In this document: in pieces, positions 1-9,700 of the stretch
Layout of the letters: every line of letters starts with the position of its first letter
Position numbering within the stretch: position 1 is the stretch's first letter
DNA from: an uncultured virus (IMG/VR IMGVR_UViG_3300042384_001469)
Lineage: Duplodnaviria; Heunggongvirae; Uroviricota; Caudoviricetes
Virus record (IMG/VR): IMGVR_UViG_3300042384_001469
Strand: one strand, 5' to 3'
Length of the DNA stretch: 64,000 nt
Notes under the pieces: generated by a model
What the model was told of the DNA's origin: nothing
The model's database searches: none
The model's input: the letters and a program-made list of their open reading frames with translations, nothing else
Made by a program: the position numbers and the translations under genes

Positions 1-2155
1 CCGCACTATAATTACAGTCACCAAGATTAAATCCATTTAATAAGTTTGCGGAAGAAAAATTAGGTAATCCGGTACTTGGTATTGGATAATTTGAAGTTTG
101 GGAAATATACCAAACGTCGTATAACAATCCTTGTGCGGGGTTTAAATATAAATCAACATTTTTAACATTAATAACCAATCTATCATCTCCAACATAATAA
201 TCTGAATTAAATCCAGCGTCAGAATTTTGTCGACTAGTATCTGTAGATACCCAACTTTTTCTATTGTCTTTAGTTTTCTGTAAACCAAATCCAAGATTTA
301 AATAAGGTAAATTTTCATATCTTTGCAAATATGGTAACCCATAAGTGAATGGAGATAATTGAGTTTGTACATTAAAATTTTGTCCTGTAAAAACACTTGT
401 AGTATAGTTTATAATTTCCGAACTTCTATGAACAGGTGTAGATTCAAACCACCCCGCACCTATTTGAAAATAATAACTTTCACTAGGTTCTACCATTGAT
501 GGATAACCTTGACTGTCCACAGGGTAATCATTTCTTGTAGTATCAGTTTCAATAACAGTATTTGTTATTGTAAAGGCGGTGTATATATTACCTTGTATTG
601 AATAAGTTGTTGAAGAGTCTAAAACAACTGATTGTTGTATGTATGAACCTCCTGCGATTAATTCGTACCTTTGATTAAACTCATTTATATTAATTTTTTG
701 GTCAGCTACGTAAACAGTCTCGTTAAATTCAACAACTGCGTCAGGAGCCCCGATTAATCTTAATAAACTTTCAATAGATTTTCTTGTACCCTTTGACTTA
801 AATAGATAAGCTGAGTTCATTATCAAATTTCTAAAATATTGATAATTTAATTCATCGGGAGTAGGATTAGAACTTATACCATCAAACAATGGTGTTGGAT
901 TTGTTGTAAATAAAGAATCTAAAAAATTGTCATTAGTTATAGGTGAAATATCCGTATTCCACCCTAAAGTTTGAGCCAAATTTTTTAACAACTGTGATGG
1001 TATATCATTACCAATATTATAATTAACAGATGTCATGTTGGCCAAAGCATCAATGAAAACTCTTGTTTCATCAAAACTTCTACCATAAATTTTTAAAACT
1101 TTATCAACTTTTTGGTCTTGGGTATCAAACTCTACAAGTGAATCGGTAACTAAGAATCTAGCAATTAAATTAGTTTTGTAGCTATCAAAATTTTCAGCAA
1201 TTTCATTTAACTTTTCTAAATAAACCGTGAAAGAATCAGTTAAAATATCTAAATTCCATTCCCCAAATAATGGCCATGTAACTTTATCTGTAGAATTATA
1301 CACAGTACCATTATCACTTTCTAAAGGTACTGTAAATTGAGAAGTGTATATTGGGGTTGTTGACCTATCTAAAATAAATTTATCAACATAGTCTAATTCT
1401 AAATTAAATACTCTATTAACAACATCATCATTTGGTCTTATAATTAAATAATCATAACTGATTGGATTGTTATCAAATGGATTACCTTCAACAAACACGG
1501 TTAAAGTTCCCGCAGTTAAATTACTTGATGGAGTTATATTATTAATTGGATAATTTTCCCCGTTTATAACTAAAATGTAATTAGGATACTCAACTGTTAA
1601 ATTTCTTAAATCCGATACTTTAATCTCTCGAGATGATAAATTAACAGTCGCATTAGTAGTAAAGTCAATATTAAATGGATTTGATATTGATTCAATATCA
1701 ATCTCAAATTCTGTCACATTATCATTAGGGTCAAATATTATATTATTTGCAGTAACCCCACTTGTAAAATCAGGTCTATTTTTACTTATCTCTAAAGCCG
1801 CAGGAAAATAATTTACAATGTGCTCAACAGAAGAAGAAAGTCTTTTATTAAGAGGTCCATATAACGTAAAACTAGTAACTTCACTTAAATCTATATTTGG
1901 AAAAACTTGAAAATTATTTGATAGGATTGACCTACTTTGTTCAATTGTTGTATTTAAACTCTCTAACGAAATTGGATTTGAAAATACTCCAGTCTCAAAA
2001 GTTCTATTAGACTTTTCAGTTACTGAAGTCGTAAACTCAAAATTACCTTGAGTAAACCCTCCACCTTGCACTAATTGGAACCCCACCAAATTGTTGGAGA
2101 AAGTTCCAGAACCAGCGGCGGTTTGGGGTGGACATGTATACTTAGTAACAGCCAT
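1..2155 (-). CDS. Baseplate wedge protein, T4 gp7 / P2 gpI-like (runs off the window start; absent from the ORF track)
   Basis: ATG at 2155-2153 overlaps the stop of the upstream gene (TAATG). The stretches I translated (the start, about 750-1030 and 1-360) share one open frame: MAVTKYTCPPQ...; IPSQLLKNLAQTLGW; RNLIMNSAYLFKSKGTRKSIESLLRLIG, which resembles the gpI/gp7 'KGT..I..LL' motif. Confidence 0.65.
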   Translation of the reverse strand, partial: MAVTKYTCPPQTAAGSGTFSNNLVGFQLVQGGGFTQGNFEFTTSVTEKSNRTFETGVFSNPISLESLNTTIEQSRSILSNNFQVFPNIDLSEVTSFTLYGPLNKRLSSSVEHIVNYFPAALEISKNRPDFTSGVTANNIIFDPNDNVTEFEIDIESISNPFNIDFTTNATVNLSSREIKVSDLRNLTVEYPNYILVINGENYPINNITPSSNLTAGTLTVFVEGNPFDNNPISYDYLIIRPNDDVVNRVFNLELDYVDKFILDRSTTPIYTSQFTVPLESDNGTVYNSTDKVTWPLFGEWNLDILTDSFTVYLEKLNEIAENFDSYKTNLIARFLVTDSLVEFDTQDQKVDKVLKIYGRSFDETRVFIDALANMTSVNYNIGNDIPSQLLKNLAQTLGWNTDISPITNDNFLDSLFTTNPTPLFDGISSNPTPDELNYQYFRNLIMNSAYLFKSKGTRKSIESLLRLIGAPDAVVEFNETVYVADQKININEFNQRYELIAGGSYIQQSVVLDSSTTYSIQGNIYTAFTITNTVIETDTTRNDYPVDSQGYPSMVEPSESYYFQIGAGWFESTPVHRSSEIINYTTSVFTGQNFNVQTQLSPFTYGLPYLQRYENLPYLNLGFGLQKTKDNRKSWVSTDTSRQNSDAGFNSDYYVGDDRLVINVKNVDLYLNPAQGLLYDVWYISQTSNYPIPSTGLPNFSSANLLNGFNLGDCNYSA

Positions 2156-3063
2156 TAAGCGATTATATTATCGTAACTTTTACTGAAATCAATGTTACCA
2201 TCTCTGTCTTGTCTAACCTCATAAAGAAGTTCGTTAAATTGGTCTCTAATTTCGTATAAGTTATATTGTTTATATATGTTATTACTTGAGTCGTAAATAG
2301 TGTAAATACCGTCATCCATTGATTTAGTCTGATTACCGTATAACGCTAAGGCCAGTGTTGAGGCATCGTGTTCAACTATTTCAACATCTAAAGTAATAGG
2401 ATTAAAAAATGTATTTGTAATTATAATATCTTGACCAGGTACCCCAATATATGGAGTCGCATTTGGTTTATTTGTCGGAGCCGATGATGGAGTTAACGTA
2501 CAGAAAATCAAATTAGATGCGTTATCAACGTATCGATATCTAACAACTTTTTGTTGTGTTGTTGTTAAATTTTGTGTAACAGGTTCACAATAAAAACTTG
2601 AAGTTATGTACCTGAAGAAATTAGGTACTTTTGACCCATCGGTATTTAAGTACTCAACCCTAAATCCAACTAAACCTTGTGTGACAAATTTGTTACGATA
2701 TTGACTTGGTACATTTGAAATGTCAATTACTATACCTTTAACATTTGGTAATGAAGATAAAACACCACAATCACTTATTTCAGTTCTAATTTGAACAGGT
2801 CTTAAATATAATGTATAAATACCTAATTTATTAAATTCATTTGATGGTAACTTTAAATTATATAACCCGCCTAAAATTTCAACATTAGGATTTCCACCTG
2901 TGTTATTGTTATTAAAATACGGAGTTAATAAAGTAGACGCATCAAGTTTTTTTAATACAAAATTTTCAGTATAGTCTCTTGATGGGGTATAATGAAGTAT
3001 TATTTCAACATCCGCGGGTGAAACATCTGATGGTCTAATTGTACCGTATGAACCTATTGCCAT
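2155..3063 (-). CDS. Hypothetical virion/baseplate-associated protein (302 aa)
   Basis: Long ORF tightly coupled within the baseplate operon; no motif recognised. Confidence 0.55.
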   Translation of the reverse strand: MAIGSYGTIRPSDVSPADVEIILHYTPSRDYTENFVLKKLDASTLLTPYFNNNNTGGNPNVEILGGLYNLKLPSNEFNKLGIYTLYLRPVQIRTEISDCGVLSSLPNVKGIVIDISNVPSQYRNKFVTQGLVGFRVEYLNTDGSKVPNFFRYITSSFYCEPVTQNLTTTQQKVVRYRYVDNASNLIFCTLTPSSAPTNKPNATPYIGVPGQDIIITNTFFNPITLDVEIVEHDASTLALALYGNQTKSMDDGIYTIYDSSNNIYKQYNLYEIRDQFNELLYEVRQDRDGNIDFSKSYDNIIA

Positions 3064-3065
3064 AA

Positions 3066-4166
3066 TTAATATTTTTTAATTTTGAAGAATTTATATCCGT
3101 ATTTAATCAAATCACCCATATTCTGTACCTCACCTAATCTTTGTGTTTTTTCAATACCCGAATCTTTCCCTCTTTCAATAAATACATTTGAGTAGATTTC
3201 CGGCTGATTAATTACTCCTAAAAGATACTCATTTTTAGTAATTGCCGATTGAATTAACATTTCAGATGTTAATCCCCTACTTTGTACATACAATATTGTT
3301 GTACCATCATTAAAATCATAGTAATCAATATTATTAATTGTATACCCAGTGTATGTACCATTAGGGTCAATTCCAAAAATAACTCCTTTGTAAATTGAAT
3401 TAATTCCAACACCTGAATATATTGGTTGATTAACTACGTATTTTTGAGGTCCATAAAGAGATAATTCTGAAAGTTGTGATTTTGTACTTGCAGTAACATA
3501 AAATGGTACTGAAATATAATTTGAACTTACTTGTTGTGAAATTGTATTTTCAGCATCACCATTAAAAATAAAATTATAACTGACGGGAATGTTGGACCAT
3601 GAGCCTCCTTGGGGGGTAAATGTCACCTCACCGTAAGGGTTATCATTAGGTATTAATTCATACGGGACATTTACTTTTTTTTCAACTTCAATTATACCCC
3701 ACGGATTTTTTTGTATTAATTTAATAGTATATGTATAAGGTACTGAAAGATAGGTATGCGAAACAGGTGTTGGAGCAACAACAGAAATAGTTTGTAATGG
3801 TGAACCATCACCCCAATCTACTTTATATGTCGATTCTGATAATAATTTTTTCTGACTCATTTCAGATGTGTTAAAGAATTCCACCGCATATGACCCATCT
3901 GTTTGTGTAAATAAAAAATTAGTAACGACATCCTTTTGTAATAAATCACCATCAAACCCATCATAATATCCGTAATCAATACCTGTTTGAAATAATGAAA
4001 TCGGTAAACTTAAATCTGTTAACAACGAGTTTCCGTTTGTACCACCACTTAAAATTTCAGTCATGCCCGATATTACACCATAAGATACGTTATCAACAAT
4101 AACTGTTCTAACATCTCCGGTAATAACTTCAGGTGAAATTTTATATCTATAATATTGAGTTTCCAT
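3066..4166 (-). CDS. Putative virion protein with PKD/Ig-like domain
   Basis: YKVDWGDGS...VSHTY...YTIKL is the PKD signature; lies in the structural operon. Confidence 0.6.
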   Translation of the reverse strand: METQYYRYKISPEVITGDVRTVIVDNVSYGVISGMTEILSGGTNGNSLLTDLSLPISLFQTGIDYGYYDGFDGDLLQKDVVTNFLFTQTDGSYAVEFFNTSEMSQKKLLSESTYKVDWGDGSPLQTISVVAPTPVSHTYLSVPYTYTIKLIQKNPWGIIEVEKKVNVPYELIPNDNPYGEVTFTPQGGSWSNIPVSYNFIFNGDAENTISQQVSSNYISVPFYVTASTKSQLSELSLYGPQKYVVNQPIYSGVGINSIYKGVIFGIDPNGTYTGYTINNIDYYDFNDGTTILYVQSRGLTSEMLIQSAITKNEYLLGVINQPEIYSNVFIERGKDSGIEKTQRLGEVQNMGDLIKYGYKFFKIKKY

Positions 4167-4957
4167 TATGGGTTAACATATTCATAAAGATTTATTGGCG
4201 AAGTTACTGTACCTATTGCATTATTATTATTATCAAAATATTGATACGTATAATCCGAGTAATCTAAAACAACTTTTAAAAAAGAATACTCATCAGGATT
4301 AAAATTATTATTAGTAAATGTCGTTGGATTAATTGTTAAAAAACTTTTAAATTGTCCTTTAGTCCCATCAAAAAATTTAAAACTTACATAAAATTCATTT
4401 ATGTTTAATAGTGTCGGGTCTGACAAAAAATAAATAAAATAACCTTCTTTATCTTTTAAATAATCTAATTTTAAATATGGTGTCTTTAAATTAACAAACC
4501 CATCATTAGCGTACCAACTTGGGAATATCTGTTCTGAAACTATTTCACCTTGTTGTGTGGGTATTATTAATGTAAAAATTATTTTTTGTTTCTTTTTTTC
4601 ACGAGAATCATAAAAATCTAATTTATAGAAAGAATTTGAAAATGAATTTGTATTATAATAAATCTGTTGGTATTCAAATATTGGTGAGTAACTTAGAACC
4701 CATCCATCTGATGGTCCTCCATAAAAATTAAATTTAAAATTAACACTAGATGCGGTATATACAATAGATGGTGGTTTAAATTCAAACCTTGCAATTTCAT
4801 AATTTTTAGGAGTTCCAATTATTTCATTAACTACCTCATCTTGAATAACTTCAACCCCCATATCTAAACCTAAATAAGTATTGTCTGTTTCGACAGGAAA
4901 TACTAATTTATATTCATTATTTGTATTTTGTAATATTTTAAAATTATTCACAATCAT
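4166..4957 (-). CDS. Hypothetical structural protein (263 aa)
   Basis: ORF overlaps both neighbours in the operon; beta-rich, aromatic composition. Confidence 0.5.
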   Translation of the reverse strand: MIVNNFKILQNTNNEYKLVFPVETDNTYLGLDMGVEVIQDEVVNEIIGTPKNYEIARFEFKPPSIVYTASSVNFKFNFYGGPSDGWVLSYSPIFEYQQIYYNTNSFSNSFYKLDFYDSREKKKQKIIFTLIIPTQQGEIVSEQIFPSWYANDGFVNLKTPYLKLDYLKDKEGYFIYFLSDPTLLNINEFYVSFKFFDGTKGQFKSFLTINPTTFTNNNFNPDEYSFLKVVLDYSDYTYQYFDNNNNAIGTVTSPINLYEYVNP

Positions 4958-6731
4958 CCGATATTGGTTGGTTAATAAAGTTTATGTTATTGTTTGCAAT
5001 GTTTGACCCCTCAGGTAAAATTTTAAATAGAAAATTATTATGTATATAATGACTATTATTTGTAAACGGATTATCAACTCCAACATTATTAGCGTCAATA
5101 TACCCATAAGGATACAAATCTCTCCAACGATACTCTTGTTCTGATTGCGAATAAAACGCGTAATCAGGAATATCAACAACATTTTCAGTTATTGGAGCAG
5201 TCTCAATATAGTCAGAAAAAACTCTAAGAGTGAATTTATAATGTGGTTTATAATAATAACCTTTTGGATTAATTTGTGACGCGATTGTCGCATTATCATC
5301 TATTAATATACTTCTATTTAAAACAAATTTGTGATAAATTTCAGAAATTTCTCTTTCTTTTTGTTCAAAATCATTCCACTCACAAAATGCACCATCTAAA
5401 AAATCACCAACATTTAAATCATCATTATAATAAAATGTAAAAGTATTACCATTATCAATTTTTTGATAACTTGAAACAGTTATTGAGGTGTCGGAATTAC
5501 TATTATTTGGGTTTCTTCTCCAATAAGGTGATAAATTTTCATAGTCAATATTAAATTCCCATCCTTGTTTAAGAGAAGTATTACCTTGGTTAACTGGTTC
5601 ATTAAACCACCCAAACGAACCTTTATTTATTATTGTATAATATAACTCAGTTAACGGTCTGTTTTGATTATCTTTAATTGTATTAATATCAATTTTAAAT
5701 TTATTAGTTAAATTATAAACTGTAGTACCTTCTTTAAACGCAACTTTATTTAAATTATTTGTAGTTAAAGCGGCTGGGAAAAATTTACCATTATCTGAAA
5801 ATATTTGTCTTTCAAACCCCGAGGGAGTTATTACTAAATTTTCATAATCATTTAAAATAATATGTTCTCTAATATAATATTTTGATGTTGTCTCAGTTAA
5901 ATTATCAGGGTCAATAACCCTTTTAAATGTACCTATGGTATCGGTATTTAAAAAGTTATTTAAAAATCCTATATTTTGGATTGAGAAGTAATATTCTTCA
6001 GAACCAACGGTTTCATTTCCTAAATAATAAACTTCAAATATATTTGTGACAGTGTTATTTGATGGGTTTGTATACGATACCGATAATTGAACACTTTCCC
6101 CAACTGACAATCCGTGTTTAACAAAACACTCAAACGTTATTAAATTTTCACCATTAATTTGAGAATAGTAAGTTTTAAATGGAATTCCATCGCCAACAGT
6201 CCAATTAAGATAATAACCATTATAGTTTGAAAGAGTTTTAGTATAGTTATTCCTACACGGATAAGAAATGTAAAAAGACCAATTTAAAATATCAGATTTA
6301 TTTTGAGGAAATAAAATGTGAGGAGTACCAAATGTGGTGTAACCACTTACATTATAGTCATTCCTTGTTAAATCAAATTCTTTAAACTCAGGATACCCTC
6401 CCCAATAACCATCATAATTAGGTTGGAAACTTAATTGCTGATAGTAATTTTCATTAATATAAAAAAGATTATTTCTAAATTGAGTATAATTAGTTTTACC
6501 AGTATACGTATTTTGAAAAATTACGGAAAACTTTGAGGATAGATTAAAATTAGTCGACTCCTGTCTCTCCTTATCAAAGACATCGTTTAAGAAAAGATTA
6601 TAGTTCCTATCATACTCAATGACTTCTTTTTGTTTAGATTGTAGACTTATGTCAACATAACTATCCAATTCAGGAGCCCCCTGAAACCTTTCAGTAGGTA
6701 GGACAATAGATATTTTATTATCGTTATTCAA
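4944..6731 (-). CDS. Hypothetical structural protein (595 aa)
   Basis: Long ORF in the baseplate operon; contains HGLSVGESVQLS, a small beta-barrel motif common in phage baseplate proteins. Confidence 0.5.
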   Translation of the reverse strand: MNNDNKISIVLPTERFQGAPELDSYVDISLQSKQKEVIEYDRNYNLFLNDVFDKERQESTNFNLSSKFSVIFQNTYTGKTNYTQFRNNLFYINENYYQQLSFQPNYDGYWGGYPEFKEFDLTRNDYNVSGYTTFGTPHILFPQNKSDILNWSFYISYPCRNNYTKTLSNYNGYYLNWTVGDGIPFKTYYSQINGENLITFECFVKHGLSVGESVQLSVSYTNPSNNTVTNIFEVYYLGNETVGSEEYYFSIQNIGFLNNFLNTDTIGTFKRVIDPDNLTETTSKYYIREHIILNDYENLVITPSGFERQIFSDNGKFFPAALTTNNLNKVAFKEGTTVYNLTNKFKIDINTIKDNQNRPLTELYYTIINKGSFGWFNEPVNQGNTSLKQGWEFNIDYENLSPYWRRNPNNSNSDTSITVSSYQKIDNGNTFTFYYNDDLNVGDFLDGAFCEWNDFEQKEREISEIYHKFVLNRSILIDDNATIASQINPKGYYYKPHYKFTLRVFSDYIETAPITENVVDIPDYAFYSQSEQEYRWRDLYPYGYIDANNVGVDNPFTNNSHYIHNNFLFKILPEGSNIANNNINFINQPISDDCE

Positions 6732-9700
6732 TTACAATTTCACTATCAACATATTTTATGTAGAATAAATCTACGGCAGTTCTACCTCTTTTTAATCCAA
6801 AATAAAAATGATAAGGTGAACCAACTGTATATTTGTCTTCAGTTATATTACCTAAATCTTCTCTTAAATTACCATCACTATCTACATTATAAATAAACCC
6901 TTTCATGTATTTTGCCTGATTAGATTCCGCCATAAAATATCTTGAGGTATTTTCGGTCCTGTCTAAGTACTGTATATTTCTTTGGAAGAATGTAGTGGTA
7001 TTACTATTTATTGGTTCTGTGTACCAATCATTCTTATGCGAGCCAAAAATAACTTCTCGTCCTAACAAAGGATATGGAATATTAATCCCTAACGGTAATT
7101 CTAAAAATTCAGCCCTTGTCATATAATCATTTTGCCATTGATAAAATGGTACAGATTGACTTGGTTGAGTATATAATGTAACATCGTTTGGTTGAAATGG
7201 TAATTGAGCGTTTTGATTCCACACAATTCTTTTAGGTGTAATTGCATCTCTTTTACTATTATCACTATTAAAGAAAATACCTATTGTGAATTTTGCCGGT
7301 GTTAAGAGTGCTGCAACACCGCCTGACGCCAATGCAGTTAACAATACATTAATATCAAAAAGATTATATATTGGTATAATTCTTATCGAGTTTGCTGAAG
7401 GGTATCCTGCAGGATTAAAAGGTTTAACACCATATTCCGAATTAATTGAAATCATTTGTGCTAAATCCGCATTTACTTTATCTGGTTCTCTTGAGTTTCT
7501 ATCTCCAAAAAAGTTTTTAGTGGGGTCTCCTCCACCAACTACTAAAAGTATTCCAGGATTTACTATAGCCAAACTTATCGCAACAAATGTGTTTACGGCC
7601 TGTTCATAAGCAGTTTCAATTTGTCTAGATGCTACAAAAAAATTAACAATATCTGTAATATCTCTAAAACTTGATGGTGTTAATGTATTTGCAATATACC
7701 CTGAATATCCAACACCTTGAACTAATTCTTGAGTGTAACTAGTTATTGGTCCTAAATTTATTATTGTTGTTGGAGTTTTTAAATTCCTATAGTTCCCCCT
7801 TACATAATTATTTAATCCCGCAATTTCATTTCTTTGTCGAGTCCTACCGCCTATAAAACCATATCCGTATCTATACGGACTACTTCTATAATAATAATTT
7901 TTTGAGTCTTCATGAAAGACAATAATATCTTCACAATATCTTCTGACAGGAAACCCGTCGTTATTTAATTCAGTAATACTATAAAATGTTGGCATAAATA
8001 GGTTACCACTAACCCAATTATTAAAGAAATGATACTGAATACCTTCCATACATAAAAATAAACTTGTTAAAGTTCTTTTATACCATTCATTAATCCTGAA
8101 AAAATCCCAAGGAATACCAATAATAGGTATAGTAACTAATGAATAACATCCTTTACCATTTTGAAAATAAGGTATTCCTAATGGTCCTGTGGTACAGTCA
8201 GGAAAATCATCAATTATAACAACACCATCATTATCAATGTTATAACATTTCAAAGGTACCGCACTTGCACATTCACTAAAACTTGCAACTACTTGGTCAT
8301 TCAACGCCCCTAAAGTAGAACCGTCAGAAAATAAAGCGTTTTCTAATTCAATACCATCAACACTACTTGAGGAAGCGTACACTTCACCTGTATCAGAAAT
8401 CCTAAATGCTGAGAAATTTCTATTTTGGAAAAATAAAAAATGGTTACGTTGAGCGGTAGTGGTGGTAGTAGACGTTGGTAGTCTGTCTGAACGAAAAACA
8501 ATATTTGTAGGATTATCTATTAAAGTTTTACCAAAATTACCATAGGTTCCAGGAGGTGTACCATTTAAATAAGATGGTGAATAATATACTGACCTACTTT
8601 TCTTCCATTCATTATTATCACCACCAAAATGCATATACATAAAAGAACACCCGTCAACTGAGTCACCTAATAAACCATTATCCGCATAGTGTAACATATA
8701 TGCCGAACCTCCCCAAGTACTTCCACCATTCTCACCAACACCATTAACAAGTGCATTATCGTTAGGTTGTGGAGGAAATCCCCATTTATCATCACCTTCC
8801 CATTCATAGTGAGCGGTAAAAGCATTACATCCATACCCAGTACTTGCCTGCATATCTTCTTCACATTGTAATGTTTGACCTTTCATTTTCACAAGAAGAT
8901 AACCTTCGGAATTTTGCCCTACTTGTAACGAATTCAAATTTGTTGATGATGTTTCCCATGGTATAACATTAAATGCATTAATTAAACTTGCATCCATACT
9001 ACCATAGTATTTAGTTAATTCAGTCTGAAATGGTTGGAACTCAGTTCCAGGTTGGAAAAACCATGACGGAAAAAACATTCTTCCTCCGAATTGGTCAGCC
9101 GAATTATTATTAACAATTTGATTGTGTCGTACTGACCTTTTTTTATTACCTGTAGAGGTTCCTCCTGGTTGTACAGGTATGTTTAATTTAAACATTACAT
9201 CTTCACCTCCACCAACCACAACTTGCCCATAACCTCTATTTAATATACGACTTATGTCGTATTTAATTTTATATTTTGGAGAATAAGGGTCAACACCTCT
9301 AACCATTATCACTATTTTTGAATTTGCTAATTCAGAAAATGAACTTTCATTACAAAAAACTGTCCCCTTAAATTCGGCTTCAAATTGCGATTGATTACCC
9401 GCAGTGTCTTTAGCAAACATTACCGACATTGGAGTTTTAAATATTCTATGATAAAAAGTTCCATGGGAACTTAAATCACTAGCGGAACCATTACCTAAAG
9501 AAATAAATTGAGAATACGTAATTGCGGTTACAACTTGGAAATATTCCATATCAAATCTATACCTAGCAAATGTTAAGTATTCTTCAGAATCTTTAAGTGG
9601 TAAATTATAAACTTTAGTACCTGTTAAAGTGTTATTATCTAAAGTACAATAACTTACAGTTATCGACGTTGCAGACGTTGAGGTTCCTGATATCTGATAT